Positions 17,907 to 27,012 of a DNA stretch of 50,244 bases are shown here, one piece after another (the first letter of the stretch is position 1; every line of letters starts with the position of its first letter). The stretch covers positions 1 through 50,244 of the IMG/VR virus record IMGVR_UViG_3300032212_000015. One strand, 5' to 3'. The notes under the pieces were generated by a model, which saw nothing but the letters and a program-made list of their open reading frames with translations, ran no database searches and had not been told where the DNA came from. Source of the DNA: a virus. Its lineage: Duplodnaviria > Caudoviricetes. A program made the position numbers and the translations under genes.

Positions 17907-19225
17907 TCGCCACGATCCAAGTTTTCAAACTTCATATACTCAGCGCGCCAAACTAATCGAAACATTCCTGTAGGGCCGTGTCTGTTTTTCAAAACTGTCA
18001 ATTCCGCCGTTCCCTTGTCTGGTGAATCCTTGTTATAAACTTCATCGCGATATAGAGTCATGATGTTGTCAGCTTCTTGCTCGATAGAACCGGAATCTTT
18101 TAAATCACTCATGGTTGGCCGTCTTTCTTGTCGTGTCTCGACTTGTCGTGAAACTTGAGCCAATGCCACTACGGGAATCTCAAGCTCTCTAGCAAGCTCT
18201 TTAAGCCCTTGTACGACTTCCTCGACTTGCTCATGCTTTGGTATGTTTCTACGCGTAGCTTTAATTCGTTGGACATAATCAACGTAAAGGATTTTTATAT
18301 TATTTTGAAACTTCCATTTTCTTGCTTGACGAATCACGTCTGTAATTGTTGGGGCTGGCTTGTCAAACAGGTAACATTCTCGGTTCATCATATCCCCTGC
18401 CGATCTATTGATTTTTGCCCAGTCAGAATCTTGTAAGCTTTTAGGGGTTCTTAGTCTTGCCGCCGGTACTCGCCCGTTAATTGAAATCATCCTCAAACCG
18501 ATTTGCTCTCTTCCTTGCTCTGCTGAAATAATCCCGCATGTAACGTTTGCCCCTTCCGCCATGTTTAACAACATTGCCGTTTTACCCATCGCAGGACGCG
18601 CACCAATAATGTATAAATCTGTATTTTGAAAACCACCAAGGCATTCATCGACTTCAATAAATCCGGTTGAAATCCCAGGCATATCCTGATCAGAATTAAA
18701 AATTTCATCCATGTTGTTTACGCTTGTTAGCAGTGCTTTTTTCAAGTGGCACGTATGATCACGCTTAGAAGCGTTCAATTGCATCAAATCTCGTATAGCT
18801 TTGTCGATTGCGTCTTGGCCTTCTTCATTTACTGCTAGCGTCAACCCTTCTGCAATCTCAATCGCTTTTTGTTTTTGGGCAAACTCTCGAACCACCTTGG
18901 CATAATGCAAGGCATTTGAAACACCTGTGCAATTCATCGCTAATTCACCACAGACAGGTATCCAGTTTCGCCCTGTACGCTGTTCTAGCAATTCTGAGAC
19001 TGTGATTACATCAACCGGTTTCCCCTCTTTCTCCAGGTCAACACAGGCCGTGTAAATCTCTTGGTTATTCTCAGAAAGAAATTCATCAGGTAGTAAATCA
19101 ATCTCATTCAGCAATGAAGGACTTTGAAGTATTGCGCCTATTAGCGCTATTTCTGCTCTAGACACGAGGGAATTCTCCTGGTCTTTGACTTGGTTTGTTT
19201 TTTTGTTCATCAGTGAGATAAACAT
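17891..19225 (-). CDS. dnaB: replicative DNA helicase (true start probably ~19165)
   Basis: GARPAMGKT, VDYVQ, LAQVSR, DLKDSGSIEQEAD, KNRHGPTG. Confidence 0.96.
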   Translation of the reverse strand: MFISLMNKKTNQVKDQENSLVSRAEIALIGAILQSPSLLNEIDLLPDEFLSENNQEIYTACVDLEKEGKPVDVITVSELLEQRTGRNWIPVCGELAMNCTGVSNALHYAKVVREFAQKQKAIEIAEGLTLAVNEEGQDAIDKAIRDLMQLNASKRDHTCHLKKALLTSVNNMDEIFNSDQDMPGISTGFIEVDECLGGFQNTDLYIIGARPAMGKTAMLLNMAEGANVTCGIISAEQGREQIGLRMISINGRVPAARLRTPKSLQDSDWAKINRSAGDMMNRECYLFDKPAPTITDVIRQARKWKFQNNIKILYVDYVQRIKATRRNIPKHEQVEEVVQGLKELARELEIPVVALAQVSRQVETRQERRPTMSDLKDSGSIEQEADNIMTLYRDEVYNKDSPDKGTAELTVLKNRHGPTGMFRLVWRAEYMKFENLDRGEWGAA

Positions 19226-19826
19226 CTTTCCAAGATTTAACCACCGCCGTTTCTAGAATTTTATTCGGGTCTAGTCCGTCAGTTTTGAATTTCGTTAACT
19301 TATTCACCAGCGTGTTAAGCGCTCTTTCTGAATTTATTGCTTTTAATTTTTTTCTATTACTCAGAAAATCATCCCACAAAGATTTATCTAGCCATTCAGG
19401 AATTGAAAATTCATTCACACGCGACGTTCCTTTCCCTTCCTTTCCCTTCCTTCCTTCCTTCCCTTCCGCTTTCACACCACTTTCACGCGTGGGTGACGCG
19501 TCATATTTTTCAGGCAATATGCTTTCAGATTCTCGATTATTGATGACTTGATGAGATTTGAATGATGGGATTTCAGCATATTGCTTTCCATTTATTTCAT
19601 AAATTTCGATTAATCCAGCTTCAATTAATTCTTTTCCCATCGACTCTATGTCACAATTATCGCCAGGGAAATACCGCAACTTAAAAGTTTTTGGCTTCCA
19701 AATTAAACGCCCTTCCCTGTCTGACTCACACCATAATGACACGTAAAAGAGGCGTGAAAGTGGCGTTAATTCAACTATGTCTTCAGACGTAAAAAACTCT
19801 GGTTTTATAGTCCTAATTCTCGCCAT
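19158..19826 (-). CDS. replication initiator protein
   Basis: MARIRTIKPEFF N-terminus, low-complexity middle linker, IPEWL...W..F...RKK C-domain; directly upstream of the helicase. Confidence 0.85.
   Translation of the reverse strand: MARIRTIKPEFFTSEDIVELTPLSRLFYVSLWCESDREGRLIWKPKTFKLRYFPGDNCDIESMGKELIEAGLIEIYEINGKQYAEIPSFKSHQVINNRESESILPEKYDASPTRESGVKAEGKEGRKGKEGKGTSRVNEFSIPEWLDKSLWDDFLSNRKKLKAINSERALNTLVNKLTKFKTDGLDPNKILETAVVKSWKDVYLTDEQKNKPSQRPGEFPRV
19410..19505. other. putative replication origin inside the initiator gene
   Basis: Three ACGCG repeats flank a CCTT/CCCTT pyrimidine tract, in the position of the lambda O origin. Confidence 0.5.
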
Positions 19827-20003
19827 TTCGATTCACCTTGATTAATTTTTTAACCTTTGCCATAATTATTACTCCTAGTGTTAATTACCCCAATTGCTCT
19901 GCAAAGCGTTGGGGTTTTTATTTATAAAGCTCTCGTTCCATTTGGTCTTTGTGGTACATCGTTATAAAAGCCGCTGATTCGATCTTAGTTTCAAGCTGTT
20001 TAT

Positions 20004-20252
20004 TCATTGATCGACCTCCTGAAATATCTCTTTTAACTCATTTCTTAAGTAATCAGCCTCTATGCCTGTTTTATAAACTCCACGCAAACGCCAGCCACAT
20101 TCATCCATTAATTGTTTAAACTGCTGTGTTCCTTTTTTACAAAGCTTTACCCCGCCTTTAAACTTAAAAATCCCAATAGCCTTTTGATGATTCGAAAGTT
20201 TATAAATCAAATCTTCAATGTCTCTTCGCTCATATAATTTGTTATTCCACAT
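20004..20252 (-). CDS. hypothetical protein
   Basis: Co-oriented ORF in the early-right operon. Confidence 0.65.
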   Translation of the reverse strand: MWNNKLYERRDIEDLIYKLSNHQKAIGIFKFKGGVKLCKKGTQQFKQLMDECGWRLRGVYKTGIEADYLRNELKEIFQEVDQ

Positions 20253-20254
20253 GA

Positions 20255-20518
20255 TTAAAACGGTATATCATCATTAAAATCATTAGCAGGCGCTTGCTGT
20301 GGTGCGCTCTGAGCTTGTTTGTCTCGGTTTACGTCAAACAGTGAACAAAGTATTTGATCGCCTTCAGAATTAATTCCAGCGGGGTTAAATGTGCGCTTTA
20401 AAAGAAGGAACGGCCCGTTATCAGATTGCATAATTGCACCGATGTTTTCATAACGGTTTTTAGTCTCACCGTTTTTTTTATATGATCCGGTTTTCACTAC
20501 TACGTCGTATTTTTTCAT
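20255..20518 (-). CDS. small ssDNA-binding-like protein
   Basis: Acidic SSB-type tail DFNDDIPF; GETKNRYENIG. Confidence 0.7.
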   Translation of the reverse strand: MKKYDVVVKTGSYKKNGETKNRYENIGAIMQSDNGPFLLLKRTFNPAGINSEGDQILCSLFDVNRDKQAQSAPQQAPANDFNDDIPF

Positions 20519-20573
20519 AATTCACCTTTATGATTTTCTATAGTTCCAATTTAATTTCATTTAGCTAAAATGC

Positions 20574-20732
20574 TTATATGACATTAAATATTTCATTAAA
20601 TGATTCGTTAAACTCATTACTAAGATCAGGTCTTAATAGTTCACACTCTTCGCAAACACCTGATGCTTTATGTTCGCATTCGTGAAACTGGCAATAAGTG
20701 TCGTTTGCTTGATGTTCTTCTGCTTCAAACAT
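20574..20732 (-). CDS. small Cys/His hypothetical protein (52 aa)
   Basis: Translated by hand (MFEAEEHQANDTYCQFHECEHKASGVCEEC...); GGAGGG RBS. Confidence 0.6.
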   Translation of the reverse strand: MFEAEEHQANDTYCQFHECEHKASGVCEECELLRPDLSNEFNESFNEIFNVI

Positions 20733-20842
20733 ATATCCCTCCTAAATTCTAAATAGTGCCCATGTAGCTAATAGATAAAAAACCGCACAAAGAAATAATA
20801 ATAAAAGTAATAATCTGTGCGGCCAGTCCATAACTCACTCCG

Positions 20843-21037
20843 TTAAAAATATGATTGCTCTTTAATTCGCTTAATTGCCCATTCTTTAGGTGTGTACTCG
20901 ATATCGCATAACTCAGTACGCTCAACGACATTTAAAATGCCGTCTTTGTCGTACACAGTAAAATAGATAGCCCCGACACTAGAGGGAGTGGGAGGCAGTG
21001 CCGGAGCTGTGGAACTAGGATTTTTGATAGTGTTCAT
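20843..21037 (-). CDS. hypothetical protein
   Basis: Follows cro with a GAGGG RBS. Confidence 0.55.
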   Translation of the reverse strand: MNTIKNPSSTAPALPPTPSSVGAIYFTVYDKDGILNVVERTELCDIEYTPKEWAIKRIKEQSYF

Positions 21038-21058
21038 TTAACTTAGCCCTCGCTATAG

Positions 21059-21268
21059 TTAATAAAAGAAATGTTGGAGCAATTCTTTTTTTGAAACTTC
21101 ACCCTGAGAAACTTCAACTATCTGGTCAATACGCTCAGGTCTCGCTCTTCGTAGCGGTGGATCGGGCATGTAATGAATCTGTATGTATTCATGGCTAGTG
21201 CCTAATTTCTCAGCAAATGTTCTTTTCTCTTCGAGTGTTAATGATTTATAGAATGTGCGAAATGACAC
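21059..21268 (-). CDS. cro: Cro-like HTH repressor
   Basis: FAEKLGTSHEYI HTH, S.GEVSKKEL; divergent from the cI-like gene. Confidence 0.82.
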   Translation of the reverse strand: MSFRTFYKSLTLEEKRTFAEKLGTSHEYIQIHYMPDPPLRRARPERIDQIVEVSQGEVSKKELLQHFFY

Positions 21269-21295
21269 TGGATAAGCCTTGTAGATCGGTTAAAG

Positions 21296-21332
21296 ATATC
21301 AAAATGATATGTCATAAGATGCGTATATTCAA
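21296..21332 (-). promoter_or_regulatory. pR-like promoter with overlapping operator
   Basis: TTGAAT-17 bp-TATCAT on the minus strand; palindrome ATATC-N5-GATAT at 21296..21310. Confidence 0.65.
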
Positions 21333-21416
21333 GCTAAAAAGGTATTTTTTTAATATTTATTTGATAATTAAATGGGACTTTTTTAGTCCTATGCAAAAAG
21401 ATATGATGGTATTAAT

Positions 21417-21869
21417 ATGAAACGTATGGATATTAAGGAAATAAGGCGAAAAAACATGCGCGCTCTATCTGAACAGATTGGCGGCATCCCTGCTATGGCT
21501 GAGAAATTAGATAAAGACCAGAATCAGATAAGGCATCTAATTGGTAATAACCCTAGCCGTGGAATTGGTCATAAAATAGCAAGGGAGCTAGAAGCGGCAT
21601 TTAGTAAGCCTACTGGTTGGCTTGATATAGACCACTCTAGAGGCGCTTCTGGAAACCAGAAAACAAAACGCTTACTACATGTAATTACTAAATATATTGA
21701 TGAGGCTCATCCAGAACTAACACCTGAACAGCAAGCTGACTTAATTTTCAACATGCTGGAAGAGCATGTAAATAAAGACTTGGAAAATGGGAAAATTAGG
21801 GATTTTATAGATTTTTGGGTATCAGTAGAAAAGAGGCGCGCTATAGAAGCGCAGCCTCCACAACCGTAA
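21417..21869 (+). CDS. CI-like repressor (HTH, no S24 peptidase domain)
   Basis: IRRKNMRAL...RGIGHKIARELE...GWLD N-domain; short helical C-terminus. Confidence 0.82.
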   Translation: MKRMDIKEIRRKNMRALSEQIGGIPAMAEKLDKDQNQIRHLIGNNPSRGIGHKIARELEAAFSKPTGWLDIDHSRGASGNQKTKRLLHVITKYIDEAHPELTPEQQADLIFNMLEEHVNKDLENGKIRDFIDFWVSVEKRRAIEAQPPQP

Positions 21870-22098
21870 TTGCCGATGTTCTCCGACGCTGTTCTTTTTC
21901 TATACTGTCAACTTTAGCTTTATATAACGTTGCTTGAGAGCTTATCTGGTTTATTTTATATGCGCTATAAATATTTGAAGCTATCAGTATCACCACAGCT
22001 ATAACTAGGCCGTAGATAATCCCGCACCTAAGTCTATCTTGCTCTCGCCTAATCATCCCACGTTGCTCTAAATACTCTAGATCAATCATATTTTCCAC
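21841..22098 (-). CDS. single-TM hypothetical protein
   Basis: Hydrophobic stretch GIIYGLVIAVVILIAS; AGGAGG RBS. Confidence 0.65.
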   Translation of the reverse strand: MENMIDLEYLEQRGMIRREQDRLRCGIIYGLVIAVVILIASNIYSAYKINQISSQATLYKAKVDSIEKEQRRRTSAITVVEAALL

Positions 22099-22325
22099 CT
22101 CCTTCTTCTTGTTTGGCTAATTAGTAGACCAAAATGATATCTGGAAAACAAGAATTAAATTATGGTTTTCTATAGTAATTATTTATTAATGTATATACAT
22201 GGTTTATATCTATCGGTATTTAATTAATATAAAAAGAGTGGCCACACCTTACGCATTTAAAGACTTTATGCCCTTCCAGGCTAGTGCGCTTGTACCTATG
22301 CTTATGTTTAATTAGACATAATAGC

Positions 22326-22832
22326 TTAATCAAGCTTATCACCTGTAAAGGCAACGTCTGTATAACATGTGCCGGTAGAGCCTGAATGCACTCTAGATTC
22401 TTCTAGACGCCCTCCCCATGAAGAATTATCAAGATCAATAGTCCCTGAAAGAATATCTGTTATCGTGATTATCTCTTGATCACTATTATCTATAATTTCA
22501 GTATCGCGCCTAAGCTGAAATTCACCATTTCTCTTGATGATGCCTTCATATGTGCTAGAAGTTTTGACGGTATACCAGTCACCGCTTTCAATGGTTGAGT
22601 CGACATCCTCAATCATTACACCGTCTTGAGTGATATCTATCCCGCCAGTTTTAGGGGTAATAGTTAGACTCCCGCCGCCAGAGCAAGGAAACGTCCCGCC
22701 TCCTGATATGACTGAATATTCCCCGCTAAAATCCGGAAAAGGATCATCTAACGGAGTAGAATCGCCACCATTATCACCGCCACCGCAAGCCGTTAAATTA
22801 AATGCTAGTACAATTAGAGTTAGCCTATACAC
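22326..22832 (-). CDS. lipoprotein (possible superinfection exclusion)
   Basis: Signal peptide with lipobox LTAC followed by GGG; beta-rich body; lies in the immunity region. Confidence 0.7.
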   Translation of the reverse strand: MYRLTLIVLAFNLTACGGGDNGGDSTPLDDPFPDFSGEYSVISGGGTFPCSGGGSLTITPKTGGIDITQDGVMIEDVDSTIESGDWYTVKTSSTYEGIIKRNGEFQLRRDTEIIDNSDQEIITITDILSGTIDLDNSSWGGRLEESRVHSGSTGTCYTDVAFTGDKLD

Positions 22833-22980
22833 TTGTATCCTCCCGTTTTTAATGATTCGCGCCCAGCCTACCCCATTTTATTAAATAACTCAAAACCACT
22901 ATTAGAAGAACTCGACCGTCTTTTATTAAAAATAATTCCAAAAATAATACCTTTCTCTTATCTTTTTTTGATATTTTTAC

Positions 22981-23008
22981 TTGCTTTCTCATATCTTTTT
23001 GATATGCT
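22981..23008 (+). promoter_or_regulatory. pL-like promoter with overlapping operator
   Basis: TTGCTT-16 bp-TATGCT with an extended TG; ATATC-N5-GATAT at 22991..23005. Confidence 0.6.
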
Positions 23009-23108
23009 TTAACCATAAGCAGTGAATAATAACCAATCCACTCAAGGACGAGTGACAAGATAAAACGAGATATTGATATCTCATGGGGAATTTAAAGAGG
23101 TAAATATT

Positions 23109-23357
23109 ATGTTGAGTGAATTTCAAATAGAAGTATTAAAGCTTAAGTCGTACGGCTACCCCACTAAAGTAATCGCAGAACGATTACATAGGCAGCCTGA
23201 AACGATTGAATACCATCTAAAGGAAATAAGAATCGCTTTAGATGCAAAAAACACAGCACAAATGACATTCATTGCAGGCGCTAAAGGATTGGTCGCTGCT
23301 AATGATCCTGAATTTGATCCAGGCAACGAATCGAAAGTATCAAGGAGAGCGGCATGA
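23109..23357 (+). CDS. LuxR-type HTH regulator (start moved from track 23073 to the ATG behind GAGG)
   Basis: LSEFQIEVL...GY.TK.IAERL...TIEYHL..I...L.AKN. Confidence 0.8.
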   Translation: MLSEFQIEVLKLKSYGYPTKVIAERLHRQPETIEYHLKEIRIALDAKNTAQMTFIAGAKGLVAANDPEFDPGNESKVSRRAA

Positions 23358-23587
23358 GCACAGCACTAGCCACACAATTAATTAGACATCGTGAAATCAG
23401 CGTTAATTTAAACGGTAAAGAAATCCCTTCTTCGTTTGTTCATGATGCTATTCAAGACATGTCTTTTAATGAGCTTGAGCCAGTCATTAAGTTGATCATA
23501 GATGACAAATGGCCTGATATTTATCATGGGATAGAAATGCTTAAAGGGCTTGTTGTAGAGCGTTTACAGATAGAGGGTGAGCTATGA
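23354..23587 (+). CDS. hypothetical protein
   Basis: ATGA-coupled to the previous gene. Confidence 0.7.
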   Translation: MSTALATQLIRHREISVNLNGKEIPSSFVHDAIQDMSFNELEPVIKLIIDDKWPDIYHGIEMLKGLVVERLQIEGEL

Positions 23588-23660
23588 ACCACTTCTTAGA
23601 AGCATTTACCGCTGTTTTATTTTGTACTGTTTTTGTATTTGCATTATTGGGGATTCAGTT

Positions 23661-23855
23661 ATGAGTGAAATAAATATTGAAGAAGCTGAAGAGATTGCGG
23701 AGTTAATAGTATCTGACATTGCTACGCCAACTCAAAAACGCAGCCTTTTAAAGTATATAAAATCCGAAAAGAAAGCATGGGAAAAAACACAAGAGACTGT
23801 CAACACGTTGATTAATCCAGACGGCTCACAAGTGATGAGGGAGCAAGCGTTATGA
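23661..23855 (+). CDS. hypothetical protein (MSEINIEE...; preceded by a 26-aa hydrophobic peptide at 23584..23664)
   Basis: A chain of ATGA overlaps supports this start over track start 23577. Confidence 0.6.
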   Translation: MSEINIEEAEEIAELIVSDIATPTQKRSLLKYIKSEKKAWEKTQETVNTLINPDGSQVMREQAL

Positions 23856-24361
23856 CTAATGCGGTAACAGTTATACAAAAAACACACTTTAGAAAGGCGT
23901 TTAATTCGCCTTACCTAAGCTCGGCGGATATTGTAGAGCCGGTAACGTTAACGGTGCAATCAGCAAGATTAGAAGGTGATAAATCAAAAAAATCTAAGGA
24001 TTTATTTAATACTATCTATTTCGCAGAAAAAGAAATTCGCCCAGGCGAAGCATTAAAACCAATGATTCTAAATGCTACAAATTCTAAATTGATGAAAGAT
24101 ATTACAGGCTCGCATTTTTTAGAAGATTGGGCGGGGGCAAAAATTGTTGTTCACGTTGAATCTGGCATTAGATTTGGCCGAGACATTGTTGACGGCTTAA
24201 GAATTAAAAAGGCTCAACCAAAACCGCAATTACAACCAGATACGCAAATGTGGAATAACGCTATTGCAGCTTATAAGCGAGATGGAAACCTAGAAGCTGT
24301 TTTGAAGCGTGTAGATATTTCAGAAGAAAACCAAAAGAAAATTATTGAGGCGGCAAAATGA
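23852..24361 (+). CDS. putative single-strand annealing/recombination protein
   Basis: YLSSAD, KPMILNATN, EDWAG, DGLRI; paired with the exonuclease. Confidence 0.6.
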   Translation: MTNAVTVIQKTHFRKAFNSPYLSSADIVEPVTLTVQSARLEGDKSKKSKDLFNTIYFAEKEIRPGEALKPMILNATNSKLMKDITGSHFLEDWAGAKIVVHVESGIRFGRDIVDGLRIKKAQPKPQLQPDTQMWNNAIAAYKRDGNLEAVLKRVDISEENQKKIIEAAK

Positions 24362-25002
24362 TATTTCATGATGTTGAGCAAAATACAGATGATTGGTTTC
24401 AATTACGATCCGGTAAAATGACTGGCTCAGGCTTCAGTAAAATAATGGCTAACTTTGGCAAAGCATTTGGCGAGCCTGCTAAAAAATATGCGGCCACAAT
24501 TGCGCTAGAGCAAATCACTGGGAATCACCTGTCCGATGGTTTTAGTAATGAGCATACCGAAAGAGGTCATGAACAAGAACCTTTTGCTAGAGAAGCTTAT
24601 GAGCATAAATATTTTATCGATATTCAAAACGGTGGCTTCTTTGATTTAGGTGATATCGGATGCAGTCCGGACGGCTTAGTTAATGACAATGGGTTAATTG
24701 AAATTAAGTCAGTTATTGCCACTACTCATTATTCAAACATAAAAAGACAATCATTTGATCCAGCATATAAGTGGCAGCTATTAGGTAATTTATTATTTAC
24801 CAGTAGAGATTGGATTGATTTTATTAGCTATTGCCCAGACTTCCCAGAAGAAAACCAGCTATTTATCCATAGATTAAATAAAGACGACTTTCAGAATGAA
24901 TTCAAAATGATGGACTCAAGAATAAACGAATTCAGAGATTTAATAGAAGACTGTAAAAAAACTATCAATCAATCTAGTTACGTTATCGGGGTCGCGGCAT
25001 GA
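24358..25002 (+). CDS. YqaJ/lambda-exonuclease family nuclease
   Basis: EQNTDDWFQLRSG, RGHEQEP, GCSPDGLV, IEIK, WQ. Confidence 0.92.
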   Translation: MIFHDVEQNTDDWFQLRSGKMTGSGFSKIMANFGKAFGEPAKKYAATIALEQITGNHLSDGFSNEHTERGHEQEPFAREAYEHKYFIDIQNGGFFDLGDIGCSPDGLVNDNGLIEIKSVIATTHYSNIKRQSFDPAYKWQLLGNLLFTSRDWIDFISYCPDFPEENQLFIHRLNKDDFQNEFKMMDSRINEFRDLIEDCKKTINQSSYVIGVAA

Positions 25003-25175
25003 ACATCCAATTTACAAACAAGCTCGACGAACTAAGAAAATCTAATCTATCTCAGGAAGCCATAGAAAGCGCTTTACTGGATGATGCTGTTTATAGAGTA
25101 AATATGGCTAAGGATGAATTAGAACAGGCACAAGCTTATATGTGTAGTGCGTTTGATTATATTAAACAGAAATAA
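24999..25175 (+). CDS. hypothetical protein (58 aa)
   Basis: Translated by hand (MNIQFTNKLDELRKS...); ATGA-coupled. Confidence 0.65.
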   Translation: MNIQFTNKLDELRKSNLSQEAIESALLDDAVYRVNMAKDELEQAQAYMCSAFDYIKQK

Positions 25176-25271
25176 GGCAAAGACGATTCTAACTAGGATT
25201 GAGGTTAATTTTCCTAGCCAGTGGGAGTTTGCCGAATAGACTGGCACTAATTTAAAACAGGAGATTAAAAC

Positions 25272-25652
25272 ATGGGGCTAATGTGTGATTGTGATGTTGA
25301 TTGGGACCCTGATCCTGGTGACTGGTACTGGTACGGCGAAGCGAGAGATTATGCGCCATTGCCATTTAAAAGAAGCAAAACATGTTGCTCTTGCAATGAA
25401 AAAATTAAACCTGGAGAGCTTTCCGTAGAGCACCGTAAAAGAAAAGTGCCAGAGCACGAAGTCGAATATAATATTTACGGCGAAGACGGAGAAATCCCTA
25501 TCGCATCTGACTGGATGTGCGAGTCATGCGGCGATCTTTGGTTTTCAATTACTGAGCTTGGCTATTGCATGAGTCCTCGTGATGACATGCGCGAACTTGT
25601 AAAAGAATATGCAAGAGAACATAACACCAATCAACAGGAGGGTGATTTGTGA
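25272..25652 (+). CDS. Cys-rich hypothetical protein
   Basis: CCSC and CESC pairs; AGGAG RBS. Confidence 0.75.
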   Translation: MGLMCDCDVDWDPDPGDWYWYGEARDYAPLPFKRSKTCCSCNEKIKPGELSVEHRKRKVPEHEVEYNIYGEDGEIPIASDWMCESCGDLWFSITELGYCMSPRDDMRELVKEYAREHNTNQQEGDL

Positions 25653-26035
25653 TTAATGAATTCGGTACATCATCAAATATTAATAGTGAATCAATTACTT
25701 TAGATGAGATTAAAAATTCTATTAAAGAAGTTGAAGCATTTAAAGCTAGCGGGGTATTAGATTATTTTAATAACAGTACTTTTAAATACGCTGGAATAGA
25801 CATAGTTGAGACACCTGTGAAAATGGTTCCGGTAGTACAAGTAAGCGAAGACTTTGAATGGTTAACGGATGAGTCAAAAGAACGATTAAATAATCAATTA
25901 ATTGGATTACTTGGATATAAAGAACTTTGCGCCGTTCCTAAAGATACAGCTTACATAATAAATTATGGTATTGGGCCTATCGTCATGCGACCAGAGATGG
26001 CAGCAGTACTGCAAAACGTTAACACATTGGTTTAA
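25649..26035 (+). CDS. hypothetical protein
   Basis: Coupled ORF. Confidence 0.7.
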   Translation: MINEFGTSSNINSESITLDEIKNSIKEVEAFKASGVLDYFNNSTFKYAGIDIVETPVKMVPVVQVSEDFEWLTDESKERLNNQLIGLLGYKELCAVPKDTAYIINYGIGPIVMRPEMAAVLQNVNTLV

Positions 26036-26046
26036 CACCTAAAGGA

Positions 26047-26253
26047 GTGAGTATGGAAACCGGAGACTATGTTGAATTTTTAAGTGATAGGCAAACAGAG
26101 AAAGGGCCAAGCACTGGGAAAATAAAAAGCAGTATGGGCGGTAAATTACTTATTGAGCATAGCGATTGTGTAGAAGAATTTACTTTGGCAGGGATACAGA
26201 TTCATAAGAAAACCACTCATCGTAAAGGTGGGGTATTATGGCAACTAGTTTAA
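26047..26253 (+). CDS. hypothetical protein
   Basis: AAGGAG RBS. Confidence 0.65.
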   Translation: MSMETGDYVEFLSDRQTEKGPSTGKIKSSMGGKLLIEHSDCVEEFTLAGIQIHKKTTHRKGGVLWQLV

Positions 26254-26338
26254 ATCAAAACTAAGTGTATAAAACCAAACGTAAGCCTTTGATTTAATGA
26301 TAACTACTAGTTTTATAGAAACTAGGATTAAAACCAAC

Positions 26339-26557
26339 TAGATAAGGGGTATGTATGTTAATTACTTTAGATCATGGAGAGGTAAGGAAGGCGCTACTTT
26401 GTGCTATAGAAGAAAAAACTCAGAATATTTTTGATGCGCAAAATAATGAGGATCGCTGTTATTTTAGCGTTGTATCAGAAGGTAAAGACATCGAAGATAT
26501 AGAATCGGTAGAATTCTCGGTGATAATCGAGCAGTAAATAGATAAGGGGTATGTATG
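26339..26557 (+). repeat. 19-bp exact direct repeat TAGATAAGGGGTATGTATG (26339 and 26539)
   Basis: Read directly; each copy holds an RBS and a start codon. Confidence 0.9.
26355..26537 (+). CDS. hypothetical protein
   Basis: RBS and start lie within the repeat. Confidence 0.7.
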   Translation: MLITLDHGEVRKALLCAIEEKTQNIFDAQNNEDRCYFSVVSEGKDIEDIESVEFSVIIEQ

Positions 26558-26983
26558 AAAAACGGACTTGAAGAAATCGGCAATCTTATTAGTACTCAGG
26601 ATAACAGAATTACAGACCAGCCAATTTTCGTAGTAGAAAAAAGCGTGATGATTATCACTGATCCTGACTATGGGTATGATGCAGAAGAATGGATTAACAC
26701 TGAAAGCGGCGAGTATGAGGAAGCAAGCGATACAAAATCTAAAAGACTTGATGCTTTGATGGAGGGTTGCAGATGTACAGGCGATTGGAAAAAATTCTAT
26801 CTAAAAGAAACTTGGGAATTTGTAACCGCTTGTTTTACAGAGCAAGGCTGTAAGAACTTTCTAGCCGCAAATGGTCACAGAATAGGGAAAAGCAGAATTT
26901 ATGCTTATGGTAGTTATAGAAATCATGAATTTCAATCTGTTAGAGATTTCCTGATAACTCAGGCAAGCAAAAAGGCCGCTTAA
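26555..26983 (+). CDS. Ead/Ea22-associated-like hypothetical protein
   Basis: TQDNRITDQPIF and FVTACFTEQGC motifs seen in lambdoid early-left genes. Confidence 0.7.
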   Translation: MKNGLEEIGNLISTQDNRITDQPIFVVEKSVMIITDPDYGYDAEEWINTESGEYEEASDTKSKRLDALMEGCRCTGDWKKFYLKETWEFVTACFTEQGCKNFLAANGHRIGKSRIYAYGSYRNHEFQSVRDFLITQASKKAA

Positions 26984-27012
26984 CACTTAGCAGATATTAA
27001 AGGGGTAAGAGT

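Noticed and set aside
19430-19470. CCTT microsatellite as a phase-variation tract
   Set aside because: It is in frame within the initiator linker (EGKEGRKGKEGKG) and is better explained as part of the replication origin.
22849-23058. 69-aa minus-strand ORF (also 21217..21420 and 20749..20931)
   Set aside because: These overlap AT-rich promoter/operator regions or better-supported genes and show no motifs; probably spurious.
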